NCBI GenBank assembly: GCA_964291265.2
Contig: OZ219747.1
Coordinates: 1,536,001 to 1,600,000 of the forward strand
Source: Alphaproteobacteria bacterium
GTDB taxonomy: Bacteria; Pseudomonadota; Alphaproteobacteria; SP197
Reading direction: 5' to 3'
Length of the DNA stretch: 64,000 nt
In this document: positions 18,203 to 28,694 of the stretch, piece after piece
Position numbering within the stretch: the first letter of the stretch is position 1
Layout of the letters: every line of letters starts with the position of its first letter
Program-made: the position numbers and the translations under genes
The notes under the pieces: model-generated
What the model saw: the letters and a program-made list of their open reading frames with translations, nothing else
The model's database searches: none
What the model was told of the DNA's origin: nothing

Positions 18203-18534
18203 CCTGATCGGCCATGACGCACCAGTTGTTGGCGGCAATCCTAACTGTCTGGCGGTCGGTACGCGACTGCCTGTGGTCGTATCAGGACCGGTCAATGCAG
18301 AACACACTGCCTTGCAACGCGCCAGAAGGGTCCTTGTGCCTGAGACAGTCGTCATCCCTTTCCGGACGGTGATCATGATCCGTGTGGTCCGTCGAAACGC
18401 AAGGGGGCAAGCAAGAGGGGGGCGAGCGGTGTTCAGATGCCAGCGTGCGGTGTCGGGCAACGCCGGGATCCACCCGGCTCCGTGCCTGGTGGCCGCCGCG
18501 CACGATGCTCGTGCCGTACCTGGTTTGCCTCCCG

Positions 18535-19569
18535 CTACGCCGCCAGGCTGTAGAGCCTTATCGGCTCGGACCGGCCGCGCAGTTCGATCGATCCGAGGTC
18601 GGTGAAATCGCACCCGGCGACGCCAGCGAGCCGGTCGGCAAGGTCTGCCGAGATGAGAATGTCCGCGTCGAGATCCTTGCAGGCGACTTCGATGCGCGCC
18701 GTCGTGTTCACGGTATCGCCGAGGTACACGATGGCCTGCTTCACCAGCCCCATTTCGCCCGCCGCCACCGTTCCAACATGAAGGGCGGCGCGAATCCTCG
18801 GCTCCACGCCGTAGGCTTTCGCATAGGCGTCACTCTGTGCTTCCAGGGCCCGGCGGATATTGCCGAAACAGTGCACGCAGCGCCCCTGTTTCAGGCCGCG
18901 CTCGGGTTTCCAGGTGACGATGATTTCGTCGCCGACATAGTCGTGGATCTCGCCGTGCGCGGCCAGGATCGGTTCCGTGGCGTCGCGAATGAAATCGTTC
19001 AGCAGCCGGTGGAACGCGACATGGCCGATGCGCTCGGCCATTGCGGTCGAGCCGACCAGATCGACGAACATGAAAATCCGCTCTTCCTCGCGCGGGCGGT
19101 AATAGTAGCCGGTGAGGAACTTGACGAGCACGCCGCGGCCCAGCATCTGGCCGATCCTGACGACGGCGTTGGCTGCGATGCTGGCGGCAAACGAAGCCGC
19201 GACGGCGATCAGGAAATCGGCCTCCCGCCAGCCCCACCCTTCGAACCCGACGCCCATGACGAGAAAGCCCGAACGGATCACCAAGGCAAAGACCGCGAGA
19301 TAGAACGCCGAGCGCAGAAGGACGTTGACGAGGAACGGGGCGCGGTTGAGCCAGGACCGCGCTGCGGCGCGCCGCGAATGCAATTCGAAGCCGGCGATGA
19401 GCAGGCTGATCAGAAAGCCGTTCCAGGCGCCGATCATCGCCGGCCGGGGATCGACCATGACATTCCAGCCGGTCATGGCGGAGCCGAAGGCGGCGCCGCC
19501 GAGCGTCGAACACCCCACGACGAAGGCGAGGGTTCGAAGGCCGTTCCGGTCCGTCGCGGTCAGGCGCAT
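18535..19569 (-). CDS. Membrane-bound class III adenylate/guanylate cyclase
   Basis: Four TM segments, then FMFVDLVGST, YVGDEI and GDTVNTTARIE. Confidence 0.9.
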   Translation of the reverse strand: MRLTATDRNGLRTLAFVVGCSTLGGAAFGSAMTGWNVMVDPRPAMIGAWNGFLISLLIAGFELHSRRAAARSWLNRAPFLVNVLLRSAFYLAVFALVIRSGFLVMGVGFEGWGWREADFLIAVAASFAASIAANAVVRIGQMLGRGVLVKFLTGYYYRPREEERIFMFVDLVGSTAMAERIGHVAFHRLLNDFIRDATEPILAAHGEIHDYVGDEIIVTWKPERGLKQGRCVHCFGNIRRALEAQSDAYAKAYGVEPRIRAALHVGTVAAGEMGLVKQAIVYLGDTVNTTARIEVACKDLDADILISADLADRLAGVAGCDFTDLGSIELRGRSEPIRLYSLAA

Positions 19570-19613
19570 GTCGCACTGCTCCCCGATCTGTCGCGCTGCC
19601 TGTGCACGAGTGC

Positions 19614-21137
19614 CTAGCCGCTGACGAAAGCGCCGTGGAAGCCGAACGGCAGCGGATAGGGCAGCCATGCCTGGGCGACGGGACCGGCCGCGACGGCCCG
19701 CGCGTCGAACAGCGACAGGCCGGTTACCCCCTTCTTCCAGTCCAGCACCGTGCCGATCAGCCAGCCGTCGTCCTCGCGCCGGCCGCCCGGTTTCGGTACG
19801 AAGACATGCTCCTCCGTGATCAGGCCGGGGCCGTAGTCGAAGCTCTCCGCCTCGCCGCGTTCGAGGTCGCGCTTGACCACGGTGCGGAAGCGCCAGCCAT
19901 CCGGATTGTCCGGGACGCCCAGCGTGTAGACAAAGCGGTGCCGCCGGCCGACGACAGCGGGTGCCACCTTGGCGAACTCCGCTTCGTCCCCAGGGTTTTG
20001 GATCCGGCCGTCGCCCTTCGGCGGCAGGACGATCCGGGCATAACGCAGCGGCGCCGAGGGGCGGAACTCGCCCTTCATCGCATAGCGCAGCGTTTCGGTG
20101 ACGATGCCGGGGTCGTCGGCGAGGCAATGGTCGAGCCGGATCGTGCCGTCGGCCTCTTCCCAGCCGTTGCCGTAATGGAAGCCGAAACAGGCCGGAAGGG
20201 CATGCCAGCGGCGCTTGCCGAAATCGGCCTTGTCGACCACCAGTGCGCGGGTTTCCGTCCGCGGATTCCAGACATGGCCGTCCAGAATGCTCGCATTTGC
20301 CGCCCGTGCAGGATCGAAGAGGAACGGCTGGATCAGGATCACCAGCGACTTGTGCGTGACGACGAAATCGTGGATCAGCCCCATCGGTCCGGCGTCGACC
20401 AAGGCGGCTTTCACCAGCCTGCCGTTGCTGTCGATATGGTAGAGCACGAGCGCCGGCCGCGGCAGCAGCGCGCAGCCGATGTTCCACAGGGTGCCGTCGG
20501 GATCCACTTTCGGATGGGCCGAGAAGGGGACGCCGCCGAGGTGCGGACTCCAGCTCTTGAAGCCGCGCGTCGCCAGCGTCGCCTCGTCGAGCCGCGTCGC
20601 GGAGCCGCCCTCCCACAGCGCCAGCAGTTCGCCGCCGTGATGCAGGACGGAGATGTTCGCGGCATTCAGGTTGTCCGGCCCGCGGACCGGCGCGGCGCCT
20701 TCCAGATGGGTGCCGTAGCCGTTGTAGAGCCGCCGGCCGGCCGCGTCCTCCCGGTCGAGCTTCGGTGTGCGGACAACGCGTCCGCGATGAGCGATCCAGC
20801 CGCCGTCGAGGGCGAATTCCTGGATCATGCCGTCGCCGTCGAACCAGTGCCGGTAGCGCATGCCGAACCGGTCGTGGATCGACGGGCCGTTGCGGAAAAA
20901 GCGGCCTTTCAGCCCGGCGGGCCATGTGCCCGTGACGGCGAGTGACGCGCTGTCCAGGCGGTCCGGCGGCGTCTTCCAGCCGAGCAGCATCGGGTTGCGC
21001 CCGAGGGCCGCGGCGAAGACCTCGCCCCAATCGCTGCCGGATGCCGAGAGCGCCGGCCCAGAGGGCGCGAGGCCGACCGCGACGAAAGCTGCCGAAGCGG
21101 CGAGGAAGGCGCGGCGCGGAACTTCTCCGCCGGTCAT
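19614..21137 (-). CDS. Carotenoid oxygenase / lignostilbene dioxygenase family protein with Tat signal
   Basis: PRRAFLAAS Tat motif; RNGP, HWFDGDGM, FSAHPK, IHDF, FHYGN and FGFHG (four Fe-binding His). Confidence 0.9.
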   Translation of the reverse strand: MTGGEVPRRAFLAASAAFVAVGLAPSGPALSASGSDWGEVFAAALGRNPMLLGWKTPPDRLDSASLAVTGTWPAGLKGRFFRNGPSIHDRFGMRYRHWFDGDGMIQEFALDGGWIAHRGRVVRTPKLDREDAAGRRLYNGYGTHLEGAAPVRGPDNLNAANISVLHHGGELLALWEGGSATRLDEATLATRGFKSWSPHLGGVPFSAHPKVDPDGTLWNIGCALLPRPALVLYHIDSNGRLVKAALVDAGPMGLIHDFVVTHKSLVILIQPFLFDPARAANASILDGHVWNPRTETRALVVDKADFGKRRWHALPACFGFHYGNGWEEADGTIRLDHCLADDPGIVTETLRYAMKGEFRPSAPLRYARIVLPPKGDGRIQNPGDEAEFAKVAPAVVGRRHRFVYTLGVPDNPDGWRFRTVVKRDLERGEAESFDYGPGLITEEHVFVPKPGGRREDDGWLIGTVLDWKKGVTGLSLFDARAVAAGPVAQAWLPYPLPFGFHGAFVSG

Positions 21138-21628
21138 CGGTTGCTCTCCCGCTCCGGCGTTCCGGCGGAACCGGCATAGTCGATCGGCAGCCGGATCGTC
21201 GCCGCTTCCTTGAGGACGATCGAGGACGCATCGAAGCTCGCCGGGCCGAACAGTCCGGTCGCGCCATTGCCGAATCCGTAGCCTTCTGTCGGAATACCGA
21301 GCAGGTTGGTATCGAGGTCGCCGTCGTCGTCGGTATCGTGAAATCCGTTGACGGCGTAGCGGCCGGGCTCCAGCCCGGCGAAGGTGACGCTGAAGCCGCC
21401 CCTGCGTGCCGCGAACCAGACGCCGGCAACCGCGCCTCTCTGGTCGGGGAACTTCACGTCGGCGTCGGTGTGGTGCAGGGCGACGTAGATCCGACCCTGG
21501 TCGGAATTGACGCCGCTCACGGCGATCGTCAGTTCGGCCTGCACCGCGCTGCCTTTCTCCGCCGCCGCCATGACCGGCAGCCCGGTGAGAATGGCGCCGG
21601 CGGCGAGAACAGTGAAAATGTGCTTCAT
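21134..21628 (-). CDS. DUF2141 family exported protein
   Basis: Signal peptide, then GRYAVNGFHDTDDDGDLDTNLLGIPTEGYGFGN; stop overlaps the oxygenase start. Confidence 0.85.
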   Translation of the reverse strand: MKHIFTVLAAGAILTGLPVMAAAEKGSAVQAELTIAVSGVNSDQGRIYVALHHTDADVKFPDQRGAVAGVWFAARRGGFSVTFAGLEPGRYAVNGFHDTDDDGDLDTNLLGIPTEGYGFGNGATGLFGPASFDASSIVLKEAATIRLPIDYAGSAGTPERESNR

Positions 21629-22101
21629 GACTGGGTGCTCCTTTTCGAGTGCGCACTGTGCGTGAATGAATGGAGCACGGCGGACGGAGATGGCCAACGG
21701 CGGCTACGCAAACGGGCCGGAAACTTCGCGAACGGTGCGGGAAACGCCGTTCGCGCTTCGCGAATGGCTCACCTGGTGAGCGGAGGTGCTGGTATCTGGC
21801 CACGTTCACCGTTGTGACTCTGGTCCCCGGCCATCTGGCACCTGCGTTGGTGGTCGTTCCACGGACGGATGGCCTGCGTCCCGCCAGCGACGGCGCGGTT
21901 CAGCGGTAAGCCTGCCGACCATCGCCTGCGTCCTTGATCGTCCGGGGAATCATCAAGAAACCGATGCGGCAGTCAGGCGGTGCCCTTTCATCGGGTCCAC
22001 CCGCTGCGGAATGGCCAGACAGCGCTGTGCTCCTGCTGGAACGGCTACCAGCTGATCGAACATCTGCGCCCGGAGATGGCGGGCTGTGTCGTCTTGACGC
22101 T

Positions 22102-22773
22102 TCATTCGAGGACGCTGAGAACCTCAGTGCCTCGCTTGACGACAACGCGCCTTACGTGGTCGCGGATGTCGTCGACCGAATGATCGACGGCCAGTTCAAC
22201 CACGCGCTCCTGACGACCTCGCCGTTTGCGCCAGTGAGCGTAGGGATAATCGCGGATGCGCGCGAAGATCGTCTCGTCCCTGGAATGCGGCATCGGCTTG
22301 GTGCAACCGCTGTTGATGGGACAGAGCCAAATCGCCTCCCGATGTGCTTCAATCAGCGACATGGTATCGACTTCGAGAACATCGTGCTCCCGATCACGAT
22401 AGGCTCTGGCTCCGGTCAGTTTGTGGAGGCGTTCTTCCGAAAGCCAGAAGAAGGCCTTGGCGTTCAGCAATTCATACCAGTCCACCGGAGAAAGGCGGTC
22501 GGGCAGAGCCCTTTCAAGACCCGAATCGCTCATGGGCATTTGGTCGCGTACAACGGCTCGAGGCAGACCGACACCCGTCAGTTCAATGCTTTCCGGTCGG
22601 TGTCGGCTTTCGATCTCGGTCCGTTCTGGTGGCTCGACAGCGTAGAGATCCAGGAGGGCGCTGGTGCTCAGCAGGCCGTAACACTTGATCGATTCCCATG
22701 AACCCCGCTCCGCCATGTGATACAGCGTGGGACAGTCGGTCAACAGCTCGTCAAGTTCCGCTTCGGTCACCAC
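22102..22773 (-). CDS. DarT-like ADP-ribosyltransferase-fold protein (DUF7002-like)
   Basis: LYHMAERGSWESIKCYGLLS resembles the DarT N-terminal LYH...SI...GLLS motif; also RDQMPM, LNAKAFFW and VVELAV. Confidence 0.6.
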   Translation of the reverse strand: MVTEAELDELLTDCPTLYHMAERGSWESIKCYGLLSTSALLDLYAVEPPERTEIESRHRPESIELTGVGLPRAVVRDQMPMSDSGLERALPDRLSPVDWYELLNAKAFFWLSEERLHKLTGARAYRDREHDVLEVDTMSLIEAHREAIWLCPINSGCTKPMPHSRDETIFARIRDYPYAHWRKRRGRQERVVELAVDHSVDDIRDHVRRVVVKRGTEVLSVLE

Positions 22774-23521
22774 GCTCTCCGATCAATGACGTTGCGCCAG
22801 TTGAAATCCGGTCGACATGATGTTCTTTCGACCTCCTCCACGAAGCTGATGGCGTCCTCGAAAGGCTGCCCAAGGCAACAGGTCCTTCACGTGTTGACCT
22901 CGCGATCATCGACATGATTCTGGTGGGTGACAGCTGCAGCGCCGTCACCCACCAGAATCATGGTGTGATCGACTCCTTGCTGTCTCAGCATTGCCCTTCA
23001 ACGGCAGTTCCGGCATTCACGACGGTGCACGCGGCAAGAAGATCCTGCTTGCAGGGAGCGTTGCTGTCCACTGCGTGGTGGCGGAGGGTGAACTGGATTG
23101 ATGCTGATCAAACCCGTTCTTTCCGTTCTTGTTGCGGGTGCTGAGGTCGGAGACGATGACGCCGTCGGTTTCCTGAAAACCTGTGTCGAGGACTGCACCG
23201 CCATTGATCACGCCGCCGCACAGGTAACCGGCGGCAGCCTCAAGGTCGTTGTCACCGTCATGGACGCCACCGATGGACCGTTCGCCTTGCGAGCGCATTG
23301 ACCGTGACCTGTGATGTCACGTCGAAGGCCCTTGGACAGGATTCCACGCTGGAATCGCCCTGCGTGGCCGGGGATGCCGCGGATCAGTGGTATGCAATGT
23401 TGCGGGCGCGTTGGTCGGCGTGGCCGGTTCATGTACCCATGATGTCAGCCAGCTATCCAGACGGCGGCTCGGTCGCCATGATGACGGACTGCGCCTGGCG
23501 CCGCCAGGCAGAAAGGAAAGG

Positions 23522-24337
23522 ATGACAGTCATGACCAGTGAAGTGCTGTGCGGGATTGAAGGCAAGGTTGCCACGTTGACCATCAACCGGGCGTCGAAGA
23601 TGAACTCCATCAATCCGCCGTTCATGAAGGAACTCTCCGATGCCCTTCGGGAACTCGACGACAACCCCGGTGTATCGGTCATCGTCCTGACCGGTGCGGG
23701 ATCGCACTTTGGAGCGGGATATGATCTGAAGTATGCTTGGGGCGAGACCTATGGGCGGGGTCCGATGGGTGCGCGCAAGATGCTGAAGGACTGCGCGGAC
23801 TTCGAGTTCGGGCCCTGGGACTGTTCGAAACCGGTCATCGCCATGGTGCGGGGATACTGCCTTGCCGGGTCGTGCGAACTCGCCATGATGTGCTGCATCA
23901 CCTACGCCAGCGACACAGCGATGTTCGGCGAACCGGAAATCCGCTTCTCGACGGCTCCGCCGGCAGTCATCATGCCCTGGATCATCGGTCTCAAGCGGAC
24001 CCGTGAACTCCTCTACACCGGTGACATGATCACGGCAGAGGAGGCGCGCGATTTCGGCATGGTGAACAAGGTGTTTCCCGATGACCGCCTCGAGGAGGAG
24101 ACCATGCGCTATGCCCGACGGGCGGCAGCCATCTCCCTTGAAGGCCTGCAGACCACCAAGGCCGCCATCAACCAGGGAGCCGAGATCGCCGGCCTGAGAA
24201 GCGCCATCACGTATGGCGTCGAAGTGGGCGGCATCCTCGATTCGGCCGAGACGGAGCAGTACAGGCAGTTCGAGGCGGTGAAGAAGGAAAAGGGGCTGAG
24301 TGCCGCCATCAGGTGGCGGGAAAGCCAGTTCGAGTAG
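23522..24337 (+). CDS. Enoyl-CoA hydratase/isomerase family protein
   Basis: LTINRASKMNSI, FGAGYDL, KPVIAMVRGYCLAGSCELAMMC, FGEPEI. Confidence 0.92.
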   Translation: MTVMTSEVLCGIEGKVATLTINRASKMNSINPPFMKELSDALRELDDNPGVSVIVLTGAGSHFGAGYDLKYAWGETYGRGPMGARKMLKDCADFEFGPWDCSKPVIAMVRGYCLAGSCELAMMCCITYASDTAMFGEPEIRFSTAPPAVIMPWIIGLKRTRELLYTGDMITAEEARDFGMVNKVFPDDRLEEETMRYARRAAAISLEGLQTTKAAINQGAEIAGLRSAITYGVEVGGILDSAETEQYRQFEAVKKEKGLSAAIRWRESQFE

Positions 24338-24418
24338 GCAGCATCCACCATCGACACAGGGTTCGCTGTCGAGCGCTCCTGGGTCCTGACAGTCGCGTCT
24401 TGCGACCGCAAGGGGAGG

Positions 24419-24943
24419 CTATTGCGGGACCGTCCGGGGATCCACGCCCCACAGGGTCTCCATCGCCATCCATCCCCTGGTGCCGGCAACGGTGACCTGA
24501 CACCAGCCTCCCTCGCAGGGTCCGAGCTTGGCGATGACGCCAGGCTCCGCCCGGAAGACAGGAGCACTTGCCGCATCGGGACGGTCGTGGGCGGTTGCCA
24601 GCGTTGATCCGGCGACGATCACGGTCCGTGTGCCCGACAGCATCACCCGGTGAATCCAGCCCTCCTCTCCGTCGACGTCGCGGACAAGGCGCCAGACATG
24701 CTTCTCATCGGTGATCTGGATCGGCATGTCCTTGCGCACATAGACCCACTTGACCGGATAGTCCTTGCCCGGCCCGACACGCATGTAGACCTCGTCAGCC
24801 TTGAGCGAGGCGAACCGTGGCAACGCCGCCGGATCGTCGGCCGCCAGGGGATGCGCCAGGGCGACGCAGAGACCAAGGCACGGCAGCAGGAACAACGCTC
24901 CGCGTTGCCTGTCGGCCCGGCATCTGGTAGGAATCGCGGCCAC
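24419..24943 (-). CDS. Bacterial SH3-domain (tandem SH3_4) exported protein
   Basis: LPRFASLKADEVYMRVGPGKDYPVKWVY...DGEEGWIHRVMLSG...GWCQV; start uncertain. Confidence 0.85.
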   Translation of the reverse strand: MAAIPTRCRADRQRGALFLLPCLGLCVALAHPLAADDPAALPRFASLKADEVYMRVGPGKDYPVKWVYVRKDMPIQITDEKHVWRLVRDVDGEEGWIHRVMLSGTRTVIVAGSTLATAHDRPDAASAPVFRAEPGVIAKLGPCEGGWCQVTVAGTRGWMAMETLWGVDPRTVPQ

Positions 24944-24986
24944 GGGAGCTCGCTTGTTCCCGGTCGTCAAGGCAGTGAAACAGCAC

Positions 24987-25976
24987 ATGGCCCGACCCAG
25001 AAAACCCGTTGTCATTGTCACCAGAAAACTCCCCGACGTCATCGAAACGCGCATGATGGAGTTGTTCGACACCAGGCTCAATGACGATGATCATCCCATG
25101 CCGCGTGAGGAGCTGGTCGAGGCGGTCAGAACGGCCGACATTCTCGTGCCGACGCTCACCGACCGGATCGACAAGGGCATTCTGGCGCAGGCTGGCGATA
25201 GCTTGAGACTGATCGCGAACTTCGGCACCGGCGTCGACCACATTGACCTTGCCGCGGCCCGCGAACGGGGTGTCACCGTCACCAACACGCCCGGCGTCCT
25301 CACGGAAGACACCGCCGACATGACGATGGCCCTCATCCTCGATGTGATTCGCCGGGTAAGTCAGGGGGAACGGCTGATTCGCAACGGCATGTGGTCAGGA
25401 TGGAGTCCCACCCATATGCTTGGCCACCGCCTGTGGGGCAAGCGCCTCGGTATCGTCGGCATGGGACGTATCGGTTCGGCGGTGGCGCGGCGCGCCAGGG
25501 GGTTCGGCCTGTCGATCCACTACCACAACCGGCGGCGGTTGCCGGACTATGCCGAACAGGAGCTCGAGGCGACCTGGTGGGAGAGTCTCGACCAGATGCT
25601 GGCCCGCATGGACATCGTCTCCGTCAACTGTCCCCACACGCCGGCGACATTCCATCTCCTGTCGGCCCGCCGCCTCAAGTTGCTGAAACCCACATCCGTC
25701 ATCGTCAACACCTCGCGCGGCGAGGTCATCGACGAGCAGGCGATGATTCGCATGCTCAAGGCCAACCAGATCGCCGGGGCCGGTCTCGATGTCTTCGAGC
25801 ACGAGCCTGCAGTCAGTCCGATGCTCATGGCCCTCGAGAACGTGGTGCTCCTGCCTCACATGGGCTCGGCGACGATCGAAGGCCGGATCGACATGGGCGA
25901 GAAGGTCCTCATCAACATCAAGACCTTCGCCGACGGCCACAAACCACCCGATCGCGTCATCGACACGCTCCTCTAA
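24987..25976 (+). CDS. D-2-hydroxyacid dehydrogenase (glyoxylate reductase / D-glycerate dehydrogenase)
   Basis: GIVGMGRIG, VNTSRGEVIDE, AGLDVFEHEP, LLPHMGSAT. Confidence 0.93.
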   Translation: MARPRKPVVIVTRKLPDVIETRMMELFDTRLNDDDHPMPREELVEAVRTADILVPTLTDRIDKGILAQAGDSLRLIANFGTGVDHIDLAAARERGVTVTNTPGVLTEDTADMTMALILDVIRRVSQGERLIRNGMWSGWSPTHMLGHRLWGKRLGIVGMGRIGSAVARRARGFGLSIHYHNRRRLPDYAEQELEATWWESLDQMLARMDIVSVNCPHTPATFHLLSARRLKLLKPTSVIVNTSRGEVIDEQAMIRMLKANQIAGAGLDVFEHEPAVSPMLMALENVVLLPHMGSATIEGRIDMGEKVLINIKTFADGHKPPDRVIDTLL

Positions 25977-25985
25977 GCACCCATC

Positions 25986-26936
25986 TCACGGCGCGTCTCG
26001 TGTTTCCTGTTGCTGGAAACGATCGGGAAACTGATTGACGAGATGACGGGCGTAGCTCACCCGCTCGCCCGATGGTGGTGCGACGACTGTATCGAAGTCG
26101 GGTTCGATGAAGATACCCATCGAACACCGATCGACATCCTCCCCGCCCAGAACCTGGTGCGGGGTGGCCTTCAGGCGCCGATTGCTCGGCACCTCCATGA
26201 GATCTCCGCAATGAACCGACAGTCCGTCGGCGACGACAGGCACGTCGCGCCATCTGCCGTCCGGTCCCTGCATCTGAAGCCCGCCGGTACGGTCCTGCCA
26301 GATGATGGAGAGAATGCCGGTATCGACGTGACAGTTCGTGATGACATGGGGACCCTCGTCGGTTCCGGTGACATCGCCGTGAAGGAGACGCAGGGTTGCA
26401 TTGCGCCCCCTTGCCGATGAAACCATGACGTCCTCGTCGAGACCCAGCCCCCGCGACACTGCGGCAAGCAGGGTCACGCCGACATCACGCAGGTCATTGA
26501 GCATGGCGAGAGTCGCCTTGCGCCAGCCCGGCCAGGGTTCGTCCCCTGGCCAGATGTTGGGTTCGCGAAAGGACCCGGCGCCCGGCACGTCCGGCGATGT
26601 CATCGGCGGTTCAGGACCGACATCGAAGGATTCCCGCCTCGACCACGATTCGTTCTCCGTCATTGGATAGTAGCCCCGGTAGATGTTCCGGTTCTGCGGA
26701 CGGAAGCGGCTGACGGCGCACGATTCCTTCGCAGCGTTCGTCATGCGGAAGAAGGCGCAGAGCCGGGAGGCCTGACAGTCGATGCCCGGCCAGGCGCCGC
26801 TGGCGACGAAGCTGCCATGTGTCTCGAGAGCGCGTGCAACGATACGGTCCGTCCGCTCGTTACGCGAGCGGGGTGACGTGCCGAAGAGCGGGCTGACATC
26901 GATGATGGGGGTCAACTCGCGGGTCGGGCGGTTCAT
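25986..26936 (-). CDS. 2OG-Fe(II) oxygenase, isopenicillin N synthase family
   Basis: PIIDVSPL, YRGY, EPNIWP, HVDTGILS (HxD), GGLQ, TPHQV...DRCS. Confidence 0.85.
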   Translation of the reverse strand: MNRPTRELTPIIDVSPLFGTSPRSRNERTDRIVARALETHGSFVASGAWPGIDCQASRLCAFFRMTNAAKESCAVSRFRPQNRNIYRGYYPMTENESWSRRESFDVGPEPPMTSPDVPGAGSFREPNIWPGDEPWPGWRKATLAMLNDLRDVGVTLLAAVSRGLGLDEDVMVSSARGRNATLRLLHGDVTGTDEGPHVITNCHVDTGILSIIWQDRTGGLQMQGPDGRWRDVPVVADGLSVHCGDLMEVPSNRRLKATPHQVLGGEDVDRCSMGIFIEPDFDTVVAPPSGERVSYARHLVNQFPDRFQQQETRDAP

Positions 26937-26955
26937 CGGTGCCTCCCCTTCGCCT

Positions 26956-27345
26956 TCAGAAACTGACGATCTCGCCGTGGTCGATGGCATGGATGAGCGT
27001 CACGAGTCCTGCCACCTCGACTTCGGTGTCGTCACGCAGGGCGTTGGCATCCCATCCCGTTGCGCGCAGACCACTTTCACACACGATGAAGGACACATCG
27101 AGTGCTCGACATGCCTCAAGCAGGGTTTCGATATCGGCGACACCCCTTGCCTTCATGTCGCCATCGCGCGAGGCGCCGTCGAGTCGCCGCCATCCTTCAG
27201 AGCGCAGGAGGAGCGTAACGGCATCCATGGTGACAAAGAAGACAACCCGGCGATCGATGGAAGCGGCGGCCACTGCCGTCATCAGCGCAACGTGGACGCG
27301 GAGGTAGTCGCCCGAAAGGACGATGAGACCAAGGGGGGGCTTCAC
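26956..27345 (-). CDS. DsrE/DsrF-like family protein
   Basis: LIVLSGDYLRVHVALMTAVAAAS...VFFVTMDAV...FIVCESGL. Confidence 0.75.
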   Translation of the reverse strand: MKPPLGLIVLSGDYLRVHVALMTAVAAASIDRRVVFFVTMDAVTLLLRSEGWRRLDGASRDGDMKARGVADIETLLEACRALDVSFIVCESGLRATGWDANALRDDTEVEVAGLVTLIHAIDHGEIVSF

Positions 27346-27346
27346 G

Positions 27347-28381
27347 TCAACGGGCGACCTGTCGGTCGGGGTCAAACCAGGTTTCCGCGCGGCCGTCGAC
27401 GTGCATGCCGTCGTCTCCGTAGTAGCGCCCCTGGTTTGCGACGACGGGCCGGGGCGGGTCAGCTTTCAGCCACAGGCGCAGAAGGAGGCGTTTCCTGTCG
27501 TCCTGCGGCCAGTCCTCGAAGGCGGTGCGCGAATGGAGCACCGTGTAGTTGTTGATGAAGGAGGCCCACCCCGGGCGCAGGTGGAAGCGGAACTGCATCG
27601 CGTCGCGTTCGATCACCTGCGTGAACACGTCAAGGGCCTCGTTCTGCTGCACGTCGAGCGGAGTGCCGGTCTCCTCGGCCGCCATGCGGATGAACTCCCG
27701 CAGGAAGACACACGAGAGCCGGCCGTCCGCGTAGCCGAAGACGGGAACGGGGTAGTCCGTCACCGGCCCCTGGCCGGGAGGCTGTTCACCGAACCAGTGG
27801 TAGTGGTATCCGGCGAAGAGGGGTTCGAGAAGATCGGGCCGCTCGCGTACGATCTCGTTGTAGACGGCGACAGAACTCACTAGCCGGCTCTCGCCACCCG
27901 ACATCGCCTCGCGAAGGCACAGAAGGCTCACGATGTCGTCCGAATCCGTGTGGAGGTCGAGTTCCTTGGCGCTGCGGTATCCGCGTTCCCGCCTGCCGGG
28001 TTCCGACACGTCGGTCACATGACCGAGCCGGTCACCCATCGGACTCTGCGAGACCCCACGCCCGAAACCGGAGCCGAAGGCCCAGTAGGCCATGCCCAGT
28101 TCGTCATGGGTCATCTCGTCGATGGGCCATCCACGCACCAGGAGGAGACCGCGCCCCTCCATCAGTTCATGACGCAACGCCCCGAGGTCCTCCGCGATTT
28201 CCGGCATCGCAGTCTCCGCTTCGGTCAGTTCCTGAAGGGAGCGTCCGGATTTCCGTGCCCGGCGGATGACCGACCAAAGCGCATCCCTGTGCCGATCCTC
28301 GAGATCGAAGGAGACGTCATCGGGGCTGGCGAAATCGCTCCCCCTCCATGCGGACGGATGGTCGATGATGGCGGTGTGCAC
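27347..28381 (-). CDS. TauD/TfdA family dioxygenase
   Basis: LHTDSDD, GGES, NNYTVLHSRTAF, RLLLRLWL. Confidence 0.92.
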   Translation of the reverse strand: MHTAIIDHPSAWRGSDFASPDDVSFDLEDRHRDALWSVIRRARKSGRSLQELTEAETAMPEIAEDLGALRHELMEGRGLLLVRGWPIDEMTHDELGMAYWAFGSGFGRGVSQSPMGDRLGHVTDVSEPGRRERGYRSAKELDLHTDSDDIVSLLCLREAMSGGESRLVSSVAVYNEIVRERPDLLEPLFAGYHYHWFGEQPPGQGPVTDYPVPVFGYADGRLSCVFLREFIRMAAEETGTPLDVQQNEALDVFTQVIERDAMQFRFHLRPGWASFINNYTVLHSRTAFEDWPQDDRKRLLLRLWLKADPPRPVVANQGRYYGDDGMHVDGRAETWFDPDRQVAR

Positions 28382-28648
28382 GTCGTTGAGTCCCCGGCCT
28401 TGTCTGCAGGGCCAGTATGCGTCCGCGGTCAGGCAAATGCCAGACCGGACGCTTCCGGTTCAGGGAAGGGGATTGTCCTTGCATGGCTGCTGACGCCGGT
28501 TCTCCTGCGATATACGTTGTCGAAGCGGAAGCAGGCGCATTCCGCCCCCGGTTCTGCAGATGACCGCCCGAACATCGCGCGGTTTCTTGACGTTTCGCTG
28601 CCTACGTGACGACGTTGCCCGTTTCCTGGCGGTAGGCGGTCCCGGTGC

Positions 28649-28694
28649 ATGGCACGAACCAGCATCGATATCGATGACGAGACCTGCCTGGAGG
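28649..28694 (+). pseudogene. VapB-like antitoxin N-terminus truncated by an IS66 end
   Basis: MARTSIDIDDETCLE matches the M-R-T-x-I-D-I-D-D ribbon-helix-helix antitoxin start and runs directly into GTAACTGCCC at 28695. Confidence 0.55.

Noticed and set aside
18535-21429. 964-aa ORF suggesting a large cyclase fusion
   Set aside because: The N-terminal ~620 aa are an alternative frame over the carotenoid oxygenase; the real cyclase starts at ATG 19569.
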